Part shown: positions 11,432 through 26,164 of the stretch, piece by piece | Layout: each line of letters opens with the position of its first letter | Numbering within the stretch: position 1 is the first letter of the stretch | The notes under the pieces: generated by a model | The model's input: the letters and a program-made list of their open reading frames with translations, nothing else | The model's database searches: none | What the model was told of the DNA's origin: nothing | Program-made: the position numbers and the translations under genes | Assembly (NCBI GenBank): GCA_051294905.1 | Contig: CM119371.1 | Span: 29,514,001 to 29,578,000 of the forward strand | Direction: 5' to 3' | Origin: Botryllus schlosseri | Lineage: Eukaryota | Length of the DNA stretch: 64,000 nt

Positions 11432-13789
11432 GTACAACATGTTTTTGGAAAGTATGTACACAATTATGGCATAATTGTACAATTTAAAAAAACTGATTTT
11501 TTTTCTCCAAAAAGGCCTTTGTTGAAAACATGTTTTAAACAGTGTTTTAAACAACCAGTTGTTTTAATTGCAACTCTAGCCGTATGCCCATTCTCTGGGG
11601 ATTGCGGATATGAAGTTGAAATAGCAACTACTATCACGAGAATGCCAATTAATCGGATGCTATCGAAGGTTCATTTCTTAACATTTTGGTCCCATTTTTC
11701 AGAATAGAAAAATTAAGATACTTTTAAGAAATGCGAGCCCGGCTAACAATGTATCAGACCAGTAGACGAGTCATTTTAAAGCGCCACCTATAACGTACGG
11801 ATGGTGTCTGGCCACCACCAGGAACATTAAAGGGTTGGATGCATAGGAATTAGTAGGACGATAATTTCTTCACCCAATAAAACTACGAGTGAGCCGACAG
11901 CGCTATGTTTTAAAAGTATACATATACATACACACCCAATTTGGCGCGGCCGAATGACTTATAGTAGATGGCTATTTGTAATTCGCGTGATGAAGGAATT
12001 CATGGAGAATTTCTTGACTGCTTCGATTGGATGAAGATACACCTATACATCAATATATATATAATATATATTCTTGATAGACGGAGGTTGACGAGTTCAT
12101 AATTGCGTAATTTCTATTAATGCGAGCATCGTTGCCAGCTTCCCACATATGCCGTAAGTAGGTTTCGGTGAATATGCGTATCATTTCTTCGTTAATCAGC
12201 GCAACAAATTTTAAAATGAGTCGCGAACCATTTTCTAATCGAGATTTGGAGTCGCAAACATAAAAAGGTTGGGAACCCCGGCTCTAAACGAATATGTCAA
12301 ACATTACGAGTATAATCTGCGCAATACAACGATGTCATAAGCATAACCAAGATCATAATTTGACAGTTGCGAATATTTTAAACTATGAATTGACGACATG
12401 GATTCATTACATAACGTGTTAAATATAGATAAAGTCTCAATATTTAAATTTAAAGCATGGAGTAACTCTAGGTGCTTTTCACTCCCTGAGTATGCGCCAC
12501 TGCCTCAGCGCACAAAGACTGATGTCGTTGCTCTCAGACCGATACTTCCTGAGTTCTCTTCATGACAACGCAGATATTACCCTGACGTCAGGAAATATAC
12601 AACAAGTAGTCATTACACTCTGGTTTATTTCCTGACTCGAGATTGGATGCAAGCCTTTAACGATGAATAATGTGACTGTATTAGCACGAATAATTCGAAC
12701 ACATCGATTAATTGGCTATAACTCAAGGAGACGCCGTATTAGCAGAGCGTGCAATAGTTGTCGCGGTAACTGTGATGGTGGAGAACAATTGAACTAGGAG
12801 GAACTAGGCTCTATTTCAGTGATGTGTGGTCAGAAGAAGCAAGTGAGGCAGCGTCACACTTGTCGTTAGTATGAGTAATAGAAATATGCGAAACATTGAA
12901 TGATTATTATTGGTATTGATGTTTATTTAGAAGTTATTTTGAGCATTTTCACCCAAAACCCCGCAATTTGCATATCCATAGGTCAAAAATATTGACCGAG
13001 GGGAAAGATGGAGCACGGAGCAACCAAGCCTCACTCGTGATAGCACAATTCAACATAAACGGTTCAGAATTTTAAATAACTGGTACTTATCAAATGGTAT
13101 TCTCACACTGATTCCGAAGATTCAAAATTATTAATATTATCATAACCCGAAATGTCAGAACCCCGAAAACCCCACAAAATCACCATTGACAGCACATTTT
13201 AGATTTGTTGGTATAATGGCAGCGCAGATATTAAGTTGTCTCACTGATGGTTGACTAACAACCCGACAATCGCGGCACATATAGCCGTGAAACGATGTGC
13301 TATATCTACTTCGTCGCCAACCGACGGTGTTGTAAAATCGTAGAGTTGCGAGAGCCAACATGTAGTGTCGAGAAAATACATTTTCTTGCTAATGTAGCTG
13401 TTGTATGTAACAACAATCAATAACGACCGAACGGCTACATGTGTGTGCATATGCTTTAACGCGTTGTCATTATCCAGAATATTGGCAATTACTGGGATTT
13501 ACTATGGCGTGTGACGGCCCAGTATACCAGTATCCAGAATATTTATAATTACTTGAATTGCCAGAATTAGGACATCGAATCATTTCCGTGTTTTAACACA
13601 TTACCATGGTAATTACTTGAATTTATTATGATGCGCGACGACCCAGATGAGAATTTTGCAATGCTTTGGTTGTTCAAAGCGCGGTCTGGTGAAATAAAGA
13701 AGTAGTTATCTGGGTTAGCCTATTTACGATAGCAATAATTCGCTACCTTAAACAGGAGCATCGAACACATGGTCGAAATATAGATTACC

Positions 13790-14356
13790 AACCTACGGAT
13801 AGATTAGATACGCAACTCCTGGTGGTTACGCTTGGGCAAGCAGGGTCTCGTATTGCTGAACAACCTAAATGTAGCGTAATTGGCAGTGCTGTAGCTGCGA
13901 CCAGAGCGCGGAAATTTAATATAATTGATCGTAATCGAAAGCTAGTGTCGCACTGATTCCGAGAATACAAATTGAAATCTTGTCAGGGCAATGGAACCAT
14001 CCCTAAACAGACCGCAAAACTGAAAAATTGGCATTGTTCCAACGATGGGAGCGCCGCCACACAATGAACATAACAATGACCAATTTGGTCTAGCGATTTT
14101 TCGGAACAATGCCGAGTTTCAGACTTTGAGGGTTGTTTTCAGGGGTTCCATTGCTCTGACAAAATTTTAATTTGTATAGTCGGAATCAGTGCGACACTAG
14201 CTTTCGATAAAGACCAGTTTTATTAATTTTAATCGCTCTGGTCGCTAGTTATAGCACTACCAATTATGCTGCTTTTAGATTGCTTAGCAATAAGAGTATC
14301 TGCTTGCCCGAGTGTAACGACGGGTTTTGCGTCAGTTGCGTATCTATCCATAGGTT
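13790..14356. mobile_element. Fold-back non-autonomous DNA element
   Basis: About 250-bp imperfect inverted arms (aacctacggatag...ctatccataggtt) around a spacer of about 60 bp. Confidence 0.8.
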
Positions 14357-14529
14357 AGAAGACGATTTAAAAGAACGAGACTGCATCACGAGAGATCGCA
14401 CCTTTTGACATTGTGTCGTAGTTTGCTGCTTGTGTCACACTGACGATCTAACACCCGCACCAAAATTTGTTTTATGTACTCAGACTATAATATAAGAGTG
14501 TGGGTGGCGAGACAGCGTAATGGCATAAT

Positions 14530-14770
14530 CCACAGTTGCAACACCAATGGTTTGTAGTTTCCAGTCCAGAAATCTTACCTGTGTGTGTTGGAGGCTCATC
14601 TACGCTACTCCTCGCCATCTCATCCGCATAAGCCTGTGTGTCGAAAAAGCCTAAAAGTGAACTGTGCTACAAGTCGGTAGCTCCGCAATCAAAATAAAAG
14701 AAAATCGGTCTGGTGTAAATGCGGACCAATGACCATTGTAGTCGTCATTCACCGTAAATACCGAAAACAA
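14530..14770 (+). repeat. Dispersed repeat segment (also about 30190-30430 and 41140-41390)
   Basis: Shared blocks gtgttggagg, aaaagccta, gctacaagtcggta, tcggtctggtgtaaa, gtagtcg. Confidence 0.65.
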
Positions 14771-15073
14771 TATAAGAGTGAGTATATAGTGAGATTTTTC
14801 GTTTTGAATTCGCAATAGCGAAAATGATCGGTGTTCGCTGGTGAATACGACAAAATATACATGAGAGTATAATAGTGCTTCCCGTAACGCAGGCTACATC
14901 GTACACCTACAATCCATATATTGTGGATATTGCGATCCACACTTATAAATAATGCTAGAGTGCAGCTCGGTTACATACACGAGTCATATCAGCAGCCACC
15001 GAGAGAAATCGATTTGATATAGGCCTAATTGACGAGTATAAAATATTCAAATCTGTTTGTATCGCATGTCCAC

Positions 15074-15574
15074 CAGTGATTAGCGGATAGTGCTTTTCGA
15101 GGCTCCAAATCCCTCCGACAACTTTAGTGTCTGAGGAAAACTCCCTCCGACTCCGAAGAGGTCAATCCCAGACTCCGAGATAGGCTACTCCGATGAATCT
15201 CGTCAAGTATCCGAAACAGTGGCAAGCATGGTACATGGTACACATGGTACACGTGATAATATGGTTGGCCTCATAGTATTGTTTACTCTCCAGTCCCCAA
15301 TTACAGTGCAGATGGCTGATTTTTATGCACTTGGCAATCGTTTTTGCATGTTACCCGTCATATTACAACTTTACAAGGTGTCAACTGTCTGTGTTTTGGC
15401 TTGTAATCATATTCAATAGTGTATTCTGGTCAGAGCTATCCAAATATATCGGAGACAAAAGTTACAATACTCCGAAATTCTCCGAAAAAATATCTGTAGT
15501 AAACTCCGACTGTCACAAAATCGGCAAAACTCCGCTCCGAATCCACTCCGACTCCGCTCCGATGCTCATCACTG
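15074..15574. mobile_element. hAT-type MITE with actccg subrepeats
   Basis: cagtgattagc / gctcatcactg; perfect TSD atgtccac. Confidence 0.85.
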
Positions 15575-15973
15575 ATGTCCACCGGTGAGTCAATCTTATG
15601 CACAGTTTATCATAAGATCAAAAAGAGATTGTCCTGTAATTCGGCCTATCCAGACGACTAACACGAAATATCTGTTCACTCTATCCAATTTCAAACCTTT
15701 AATATGATGTCAAGGATACGGTGTCTACAGAACAGGGGTAGTCAACTCACGCAGTGGGTCGAGAAGCAGTTTAAAATTTCTATAGAGGTCGTATCAGCTA
15801 CAGTGAGGAATAATGATATTGGACACGGGGGATTATTTATTTTGAACAGAAACAACAATATTTTTAAACTTAAATCAATTTCCGCAAATCAAAATGCTTT
15901 ACTAAGTAAGCGTTCTGCCGAAATCTCAAATCAAGTTGCGGGCCGACAAATATGACCTCGCGGACCTTGGTGA

Positions 15974-16167
15974 CAATGTTCCCTCTAAGCTGCGCACGTG
16001 CGCAAATGCGCAGTGTTGACACGTTCTCTGCGCACAGAAAATCTAAGTTGCGCACAAAACATCCGAAGTTATGACCTTTTTTTTAATCGTTATGCACTGT
16101 TGTCCGAGGGTCTGCGCAGTGAGTTGGTGAGTGTGCGCAGACTCGTCAAAAATTAGAGGGAACACTG
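15974..16167. mobile_element. Short MITE (ca[a/g]tgttccctctaa family), nested in another element at about 15733-16180
   Basis: TIR caatgttccctctaa / ttagagggaacactg; copies at 54116-54300 and, inverted and degenerate, about 33090-33357. Confidence 0.85.
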
Positions 16168-16629
16168 TTGGTGACCCCGGCTATATAGAAGGTATAGAAA
16201 TAGAATGCTTTAAATATATACAGGATAAACGTCACAGGCGACAGTGATCTATAAATGTCAGTAAACTCGATAATCCCGAAGCTGCGAATAATGAATGCAG
16301 GAAAATTATTCTGGATATATACAAAAAAAATATATTGCTATTTATACAGACGGCTCTACAAACACACGCCTCGATGTGTATCCGCATTTTACGGTACCTG
16401 TTTTAAGTTATCATACAACAGGTCACTGAGCAGACCAGTCAGATCTTTTCGGGGGAGTTGAGGGCTATGAGAGACAGCTTAATTTACGTGCAGCAATTGT
16501 GAACCTGATATGCAATTAGTCATTTTCTCGGATAATGGTAGTTCAATTAAAGCAGTGGTTCTCAAACCTGGTCGACACGCCCTCTTGAATACAGGAAGAA
16601 ATTTCGTAATTCACGTAATGCCACTATGA

Positions 16630-17404
16630 CGTTTTAAACGTCGCCAACTGTATTAACTGGGACAATCGAATGATATAATAGTCCCATCAAATCAATATCT
16701 TCCGTCGCTTTGCCAACAAGTTCGACAAGGACTTGCAAGGGAATATAAGCTTGCGCCACAACAGTCTAGGTCAGACAATGTATTTGGTGTCTGAGTATTG
16801 CGACGTTGATATTGAGCAGAGTGTATAACGGGTTTCCATACTTGCTACCGATATTACCCCATTAACAAGTTATACAGAAGTAGCCAACACCCCAATCGCA
16901 CGTATTGTGTTTTTATGATGCAATAGACTCATGAAGTCAAGATTGACCACGTACACCGGCTAGATTTTTTACATCAAACTACGATATCCATTGTATTGAT
17001 TAGTTGAATAAGCATCATTCGCTGACTACATGCAGTGTATTTCGCTCTTGATGTTGTGTCATTGCGGGTCAAGCTCACAGCACAGAGTCACTAAAATATT
17101 CACAAACGGAAAGCTGGATATTTCGAGCAAACTTTTGTAACGGAGCAAGTGAAATTTTTGAGATTGTCAAGGTGCATGCTCATTTACTGTTGATTCTTAT
17201 GCTGCCGGCGCCATGCATAGAGTGGCCCGCAGTTGAAATGCAATAAATTTCAACCAAAGATGTTATAATGAAGTGAAAATTGTAATATAGGAAAAAGGTT
17301 CACAGTGCAGAACCTTCCAAGGTTCGTTTGTGAACGTGAACCTCTAAATTTCTGAAGTTCACATACAGAACGCGAACGTGAACCTCGCGTTAACACCATC
17401 CCTA
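16630..17404. mobile_element. Truncated inverted copy of the tagggatggtgtgaac MITE
   Basis: Colinear with about 37650-38369; ends acaccatcccta. Confidence 0.85.
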
Positions 17405-17485
17405 CCTTCTGATTAGTTCAAGGTTCAGTGTCAGTCAAAATATAGCATCAGTGTACATTATTGTACGACGCAAGGACATTTAGAA

Positions 17486-17751
17486 TAGGCTTACCATATT
17501 TTGGAAATCTAAAAAGAGGACACACGCTCAGAGCTCAAATCGCCGTTTTTCACTCCGAAATACCCGCTGGAGCGTCACTTCTGTGCTAATTTAAGGCATA
17601 TCACTCGCATTTTGCTCTAAATGTGACCTAAATTTTCAAAAAAAAGGACAAAATCTCAAAAAAGAGGACAAACGGGCGTCCTCCGAGGACACTTTCAAAA
17701 AAGTCAGAAACGAGGACAAATCCTCTTAAAAGAGGACGTATGGTAACCCTA
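17486..17751. mobile_element. hAT-type MITE (tagggttaccata family)
   Basis: taggcttaccata / tatggtaacccta; perfect TSD atttagaa. Confidence 0.9.
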
Positions 17752-19186
17752 ATTTAGAATCTATGTAGAATTAGGGTTATTGCCATTGTTGAAACTTGGA
17801 AGTTTCCGCATTAAACTAATTCCGCATTAAACTAATTCCCAGTCAAAGGGTAGCGCACCCCCATTTTGGGAGACACTAAGTTGAAGCAATCAGATTCGCC
17901 GTGTTTGCTTGATACCGGTCGTTGATTTATCATGACTTGATGATATCACAAAAGCCCTGGCACACGAATCGCGACGCTTTTTCGCCGCAGGCCTGCGATA
18001 ACTAAACGACTCGAGTCAACTGATTCAATTGACTTGACTTGACTTGACTGGAATAGGTGTTTCATAAGGGGAGTGCACTCGTGGACTCGATTTTAGTCAA
18101 TTTCAAGTCCTCAAATATCCTCACTCAGTGTCGACTAAGTCGTTGTGCCTGTACGACTGTACGAACATGTTGTCGACACGCTGATATTACCTGTGTGACC
18201 AACAAGTCCTTCAACGATTGCGCAGCCTGCCTCCGTCGGTATGTCACGAATAAATTGACCGCAAACGTGGTGATAATCGCCTACATTTTCCCAGACTAGT
18301 AGTAATCAATCCGACGAATAATATTTTCGTGAATCAGTTGTGTGGCATTCAATTGTCCTTTATTTGTATTTCCTTTTTTATAATCGACAACTCTAATTGT
18401 CCGGTTTGGTTTAATTGGTTAATTTAATTGTTGAGCCGTCTGTGATCGATTGCCTATATATTTTTCTCGTTGCTGTTGTTTTGCCTGACTATTCTTCGAG
18501 CATCGCACGAATAATCGGTATTTCGAATCTTGCTAAGGGCATATTCGTATTTATATCAAGGAAATCCGCATTAGTATCCGATTTCGATCGATTGATTGTA
18601 TTAAGTTACAGACGACCGATACGCAACGTTTACCGAGTTCAGATTAAGCAGACTTAGTTGAGCTGACAGGATTCAACGTATGGAAAATCAGCACTCATTA
18701 GGATTGGACCGTCACGTCGAAATAGCAGTGTATTTCTTTTCTATGGACTATACTCAGTTATCATCCTAACGAACCTCCTGTATGATATACATCGGAGCTT
18801 AAAGTGTATACATACAATTATATTACTCGTCAACAATTGGTACAGGCTTGAATGTTATTGTGTGGATGTGTACGTGAATTGTTTATTGCATCATATCAAT
18901 TTGTTTCAAATTTCTGAGGTTTGATTTTATATCATCTATTTGGCTGAAAGTTACCGTATAGTGTAGCGGTTCCACATGTGAGCCATACAACTCCCCGTTG
19001 AGGGTAGAATCACCTCCATATTCTATACTCATTCGGAATTAATAGCGACTTAGTCTGTGTTTAAATCATCTTACCAAATACAATGATTTGAATCATAACT
19101 CGTACATCGTCTAGTCTAAAATTTGCCCGGGCTTGACTTGAATCGAGTCACAGAAATGGGGGTTGATTGTTCGAAACACTGTAGTG

Positions 19187-20055
19187 CAGTGGTTCTGAAT
19201 CTTTTTGTCTTCCCAGACCCCATTTGGACTGTCGCGGATCCCGGCGGACCCTCCCGATGTGTTAGTACAGATTTAACTTAATTATCGTGCAACAGTCTTC
19301 TGCCTGGTGTAAATATTAACTGTAGGCTAGTGATAAACAGCTACAAATTGTCCTTTATTGAAAATAGCATCATCTACTATTTATGTAGAAGTTGAGTAGA
19401 CTTTTATCAGTTCAAAGCGAACTCTGTAGCTGTATTTTTTGAAATACGTGATCGTGTGTTGAAAATCCGCGTCTTCGATTTGATATGAACGAGTGCCGAA
19501 AATATATTTCCACAAAGTCAGGTGGTGGCGAATGGAATAATAGAGCGTAACGCTTCCGGCGACACCTTTGGGTATGGTCGCAACATGTACGGTACCAAAA
19601 TCGAGGAACATAATTTTTAATGAACATATATCGTCCAACCTAATAATTTCTATCTAGCAGCTCAACTTGAAGTTATTCTAGAATAGTGGCTACGTATATC
19701 ACGGAAGAAATTAGATTTTTGCAAACATTTCGAAGTCAGCCCGCTTGACCTTACTAGTCTAACTTTTTTATAATTCTGCAAGCCCAAGCAAAACATCTCT
19801 AAACAGCAATATGATTTTATGAGAAGGTTATTGGCGATTTTACAACTAAAACGAGTTTGCGCAGTGTGATATTTCATGTCAGACGGCCAATCTGTTGATG
19901 CGGGCGAGTCCTGAGGTTTGGCAGTTTTGAAGTGAAACTACATAGTGATTTCCCTATTTTAAAGAAATGCAAATTAGGTTATCAACCATTTTGGAAATTT
20001 AGAGGTTTCGCGAACTCCTGAAAATGATTCGCTGACCCCTGGTTGATAACCACTG
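19187..20055 (-). mobile_element. hAT deletion derivative with decayed transposase C-terminus
   Basis: cagtggtt / aaccactg; perfect TSD ctgtagtg; minus-strand relic ALRSIIPFATT*LCGNIFSALVHIKSKTR. Confidence 0.8.
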
Positions 20056-20720
20056 CTGTAGTGATTGACTGTAGCGGTAACTACCGTATCAATGTACAAG
20101 ATTGCGATTACGATTACTTCTGGAACGCGTAATTACTTGTGCCGTTTGGATTACAGAATAACCCTGAAGTATAGTCCATTAGGTAACATTGAAAAGTTAT
20201 TACAATTATTCCCGGTAGCACTTATTTTGCTTCTTTTAACTTGCGCGACGAACACATAGTCGGAGACATCATAACAATTAAGATGAAACTGCTTCACTGG
20301 AGAACATATCTTTTAAAATTGTGTCGTAATTCACAGTTATGTCTCACTGACGACTAATCAATCTCACTGAATTTTGTTTTAGCTACAACACACAATACAT
20401 ACTAACACATGAGTGCGAATAACTTCAGAATCTTCAATATAAATTACCTATGGCGAAATAATGATCTGCAACTGTTTGAAGTAGGATCGTAGCAGAATAA
20501 GGCGAAATGAACAGGGAATTCGGCAATGGTTAATAATGCCTTTCGAAACGTAAAATGTACACCTACAATCCACATAATATCGATATTACGATCCTCTGTT
20601 GTCAATGATGCTAAAGAGCAGCTCGATTATATACACGACTCATATCGATTTGATATATTTCCCGGCGATAACATATTTAGATCTGTATTCGCTGAGGATT
20701 TGTGCGGTTTGCAGATATAG

Positions 20721-21111
20721 TAGGGTTGCCATACGTTCTCCTTTAGGAGGATTTGTCCTTTTTCGCGAAATTGAAAATGACCTCCGATGACGTCTAAACG
20801 CCCTTCTTTTTGGCAATTCGTCCTCCTTTACAGCTTTTACAGCTAGTGAAATGAACCAGGTAAACTGAAAATCGACATAAATGAGATGAAATAGGTAATG
20901 CGGACTTACGACCGGGTAACTCAGGAGTCGATCGAAAGTGAGGGCCTTTTTTTAGTCAACACAACAAGATTTCTAGTGAGTATTTCTAAATCAGCTGTTG
21001 TCAACTTCGATAAACAAACTTTTATGATTTGGTAAAAGTGCCCACCGCTGCCTGCGATATTCGTAGAGGACCCGTGTTCACTTTTTCCGATTCCAAAACA
21101 TGGTAACTCTG
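20721..21111. mobile_element. hAT-type MITE (tagggttaccata family, inverted)
   Basis: tagggttgccata / atggtaactctg with tgtcct subrepeats. Confidence 0.75.
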
Positions 21112-23419
21112 ATATATATGAGTTATTCTGCACAATATATAGAATGCAAAATACTAACAATTATTGTTATTGATATTAATAATAATGCACAATTATATCT
21201 GCGTTTATCTGTCAAACATGAACGTTAAACAGTCGTCAATTTGAACAATGGTGATCGTGCCAAAATACGATTAAAAGGTTTTAATCCAAGTAGAACGTTA
21301 TACTTGTGATTATCTTTTTATAGCAGGGGTGCCACACTCAACTTGGGTCGCGGGCCAAATTCGAATCTCGGGAGCCGGACCAGTCAGATAATAACAATTT
21401 ATTATATCCAAATCTCTATTTTATTTTATTTTTCATTTTCAAGCCTGTATACGTAATAGTATGTTACATTCCATTACGTACCATAGTGGCTCAATGTATG
21501 CGAAACAGTTTTTCTCAAACAAAGGAATTGGTGATTTTGGCGAATGATTGGCCGGTTGCACGTAGTTGTAAACTGCTTAACAGTGACTCTGACGATGACA
21601 TGAATCCGCATTGTTCTATGCTGCCTATGTTTTAGCCGTAATGTGGCATTAGCGCTCCTTATGCATTCTGATTTAACTGTTAACGCGACTGTTGAAATTT
21701 AGTTCATCCACATTCAGGTTTCTCGAGAGGCCGGTGATCTTTTGCGTCAGACGTGATACGGCAGTGCGACCGCGCAGATATTTGCATCATATTTTATGTT
21801 CAACTATTGTAGTATCCATGTAACCTGCACGTAACGCAGCGGTTTCCAGACATTTCAGCTTGTGGCAAAGCTGATCAACAAAAATTAATGAAACACTCGC
21901 ACCACACTGACAAGAGAAGAGAGGTTTCTCCAGAAAAATGATTTTCACGTGTTGTGTTAATGGGATGGATTTGCTTGTCGATACGAATACTCCGGAAATG
22001 AGGTTGCAATAGTGGCATGCATAAAAGTATTTCGTCCTAAATTCCAACCACTTATACTAGTGTTTACAGCTAATAATGTTGGCCGGAACAGGAACGAAAT
22101 GGTAAAATATAGCCTTACCCGTGCATGTAGCGGTCTTTATTGCTTTTGTAACGGCCCTCGAATAGGATTTGGAAGCAGCCCGACGAAAGGCATTCATTTT
22201 CGTGAAAGCAACCTTTGCGAAAACGGGTCGCTTCGTAAATCAGTGCGCTTTTCTTCTATTTCTGTAGGTTGCTTGTTTTATTGCTATGTATTGACTACCC
22301 GCCTAAAGTTGGTGAACAGCGAATGACGGAAAATAATGCTGCAGTACAGTCCAAAGTCAAGACAATAAGGTCACGATATGCGGAATTATTCCATGTTTAT
22401 GGGTTGATTCTAACCTATCAGCTAAATTTATGTCGTTGTAATTACGCTACCTCATTAATAATGACATGATGTGTTTCATCGTCATACGCGCTTATGTTTG
22501 ACACCTTTCAGCAGTCAGAACGATATTACCTCGTTTATGCAAGGCTATGTGGCATATTCTTTTAAATATTTATACATGGCACACAGTTAGGGAATTACTG
22601 ATATAACACTTGCGCACTGGCGTCTTTTCTCTTATGAATAACTATTGCTATGTAGCCTGGATTTACATAGACCTCTGATCTCAGTGTGCAATTTTCTGCA
22701 TTTTCGAAATTTGGTGACATCGTCACAGACTTGTTCCTATAGCCTACTGCTGATAAGAGTGAATCTTCATCACTACTGGTGGATGGTTAAAATGTGGTAT
22801 ATTTTACACATATTCGACATTTATAGTCTTGGGTAATATGTAATGGCAGTCTTTTGTAACAATCAAAACATTTGTCGAAAATGTAATTTTGTAATCTACT
22901 CGGAATAATTTCGCGGGCGGTATGTTTAATACAGGGTGGAGTATACGTGTAAGCGACCTGAAACATCAGTGATCGGTGCCTTACAATAACATACTGGCAC
23001 ATTAACGCGTAAAGTTTCACCACTATTCACATTTGTGGCACGCGAGATGATTTTTCATGGCACACCAATTGATTTCACTCAAACGACATATTGCGACCAT
23101 GTTTTTGAAAAAAGTGAAACAGAAGTTTTAAAAATGCACAAAGCTCGTAGGCGAAATTATTTCGGAAATCAACATAAAATAGAATCTTCGCGTGATTTAT
23201 TGGACCCTGATGTCTTAAATATAATGTAGGAACCCTAACAAATAAATATATATGTAGGCCTATATGAAAATGTTTTAAAACCTATGCATAATATACAGAG
23301 ATTAGTCAACGGTATTAGCAGTTATGAAAGAACGTCAACCAAATATCGTATGGAACCGTTTGGATGCTTTAGTCTAGGAGTGTTGACTGTGCAGCATACG
23401 GGAGCGCAACTTTTTTTTT

Positions 23420-24430
23420 CATCATCATCATTGGTTTATTAGCAATTTTATCAGTTCAATACACCACAAAAATGCGATACAATGAAAAGACAGGAAGATG
23501 TCGAAGCGACAAGGAGTAGTCTATGGAATCTGACACCCATCTTGGCCTAGGCGATGTAAAGAGGAGGCATGCACACTGAATGAAAGTAAAGAAGATAGTA
23601 TAGAAGAAGAATGCGACAAGAAATAGGGCGGCATGTCATGGGAAGCGAGATCGATAGGTCAGTCGTGGTCCGGTAATCTTGAGGATGGACTGTATTTATT
23701 TAGTAGTAATTGCTTGTATTTCGACTTGAATGTGGACATGCTCGTCGACTGTCGGATGGCTGGCGGGATACTGTTCCACACATCAGGTCTGGCATATTTG
23801 ATGGAGCGATGATCTTTTTGGTCGATCATATGATATTTGGACGACGTGGACGCGCGTGTGTTGTACTTGTGCGCTTTTGATTCGGAGGTAAAGAAGTCAT
23901 TGAAATATTCGGGGCAACGACCGCAGTGAAACTGATACATAAACTTGGCGATTTCTAGTTTCCGCATATCTTCTATGTTTAGGACGCCGAATCTCTTCAA
24001 CAGCGACTTATTGGATGGGCAGCCAGGCTATGATTCGGAGCACTTTATGCTGTAGTTTCTGCAGTGGCTTGAGTGCAGTTTTACTGGCAGCCCCCCAACA
24101 GAGGATGCCATAATGTAACTTCGATTGGATTAAGGATTTAAAGAGTATCAGAAGAACCCATGCTGGCATGAAGCGCCCAAGGCTGTAGAACAGGCCGCAC
24201 TTCGGTGATAATTTAGTTTCTAGGGACTGAATATGACTCTTCCAGGACATGTTCGAGTCCAGTAAAACTCCGAGATATTTGGCATTATCTGTGTTGGAAA
24301 CGGGCTGACCAGCGATATTAACGGTTAGGTTATTTTTTGAATTAACTGTCAGCAATTGCGATTTGGAGGCGTTTAAGCAAAGGTCGTTCTGGGCCGTCCA
24401 CTCATGGACTTTGGGCATTTGGTCACCAGT
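23420..24430 (-). mobile_element. 5'-truncated LINE (CR1/L2-group-like RT C-terminus plus 3' UTR)
   Basis: LCLNASKSQ...AKYLGVLLDSNMSWKSHI...LHYGILCWG...HKYNTR; frameshift near 24008; AATAAA then (GAT)n tail on the minus strand. Confidence 0.9.
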
Positions 24431-25337
24431 CAGGGCATCTAGCTCTGCCGTCGAAGACTTATAAACCGGTATTCCTGCGCTGGGCATTTTCACGCTATAG
24501 AAGACGCGACATAGACATAAAGTTTCGGACAACATGCAACCACGCGACTCCCGTGTAGTGTATGCGTTGCCAAAATGATTGGCGGCGATGAAACCTTGTA
24601 ACAAAATATCCGCCGCATGCTGGCCAAAATGTTCGACATTGATATGTCCATCGTCAAGGCGCCGAAGTGACCAGCAGCGCCGAATAGTCCAGCGCCCGCA
24701 GCTGGAGCCGCACGTATTAAATGAGACCTGCTGCCGAGGAAAGTAATGAGTCCCGTGGTAAAATGCGAATTTGGAATCGTGTTCGTCTGTCGAAAAGAGA
24801 TATTATTTTAGTTTCGTCTGGTGTTCAAGCTATTCCTATATATCTGGAGCAACGACAATGTTTACTGCTTTACCGCGACGCAGACAAATCTAGTGTCAAC
24901 CAAACTGACTTAAATGACACATGAGTGGGAACATTTTTCGTCATCATCAGACCATATCATCGTGATTGGCCTGTCACTTATTGGATACGGTACCGAACAC
25001 AATGGACTTGGAAACGACCAAATCAATCACAGAAGATCGATCATTGCACGACTGCATATAAATTATGTAAATATTACGTACATGCTAGGTCGGGTGCGGT
25101 AGCGACCAAAATTTACTACCTTCGCGATCAATAAATCATGAATCACTGGCCTAACGGATTCCGTTACCAGCTTCAGAAAAACGGTTGGTGGATTTCCTTG
25201 CTTGAATCATTAAATATTATTAAATTGAATGTTTGCACGCAAACTGGTAAAAGTTTGACATTTTTTGACATTTTGGCACCCACCAAACAAAAGGTTGCCG
25301 GCCTCTGGTTAATTGATGTCTGTTTATTGATATAGGT

Positions 25338-26164
25338 CAGGGGCGGCCAACCCGTGGCCCGTGGGCCAAATGTGTCTGGTGGCCTGCGAGGTATTTCTCG
25401 AAATTAGTTGTAACATCAGGTAAAATTGCAAGGCCAACCAAAGTTTGATCTGCCTGACCGCAAAATTTGATGATGGCTAAAACATCAGTTCCGACGCATT
25501 GGCGTAACCAGGGGCCAGTCACATTTATCGCACATCTTCGTATTATGACCATAAAGTGGAATATTTCGTAGCAGATTTATTCGACTTGAAATTTTTCTTA
25601 GAACTTCGCATGACTTATTGTTACTGGATTTCCTGCATTTGGTATTGGGGTCCCCTCCGGAAAATTATAAATACGCGTAATTTACAGAATTGAGTCTAAC
25701 TATGCTCGCAATTAGGAGATAACGTGTCGTCCAACATGCGACTTCGCTTGTGCGCTCGCAGCGAGATCGTTGGCGATGGAACCTTTGCACAAAGTGATTG
25801 ATGAATGTTGACCGAAACCTTCGATACTGCTATGTCTAAACGCCGAATAATCCTTGCCAAATGAGCCCAGCAGTATACAGAAGCGACCCCCAATATATGC
25901 AAGTAACATATTCATTTATCGAATTCATTCAATACCTTTGAAAATATTTCGCGGTTGCAGGATATGAATGCACAATGCACAGATGCACAGTTTTCCTGGC
26001 ATTATTGTTCTCAATTTTAAATCTTAGTAATATAAGTCTTGTTTTCAACGTCACCTAATTCGGTGCGCTCCTGTCGGACTACTAGGTCATCAATATTCAA
26101 GTGGCCCGCGCAATGGTTCGTAAATCTCACATGGCCATTTGGCCGAAAAGGTTTGCCGCCCTTG
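25338..26164 (-). mobile_element. hAT deletion derivative, decayed
   Basis: caggggcggccaa / ttgccgcccttg ends with tggccc subterminal motifs; weak transposase C-terminal relic at 25700-25900. Confidence 0.65.

Noticed and set aside
17804..17839. 16-bp tandem duplication ttccgcattaaactaa x2
   Set aside because: Ordinary slippage duplication with no functional context.
24812..25070. Exon-like open stretches between the two receptors
   Set aside because: Several frames are open, with no recognisable motif and ambiguous splice sites.
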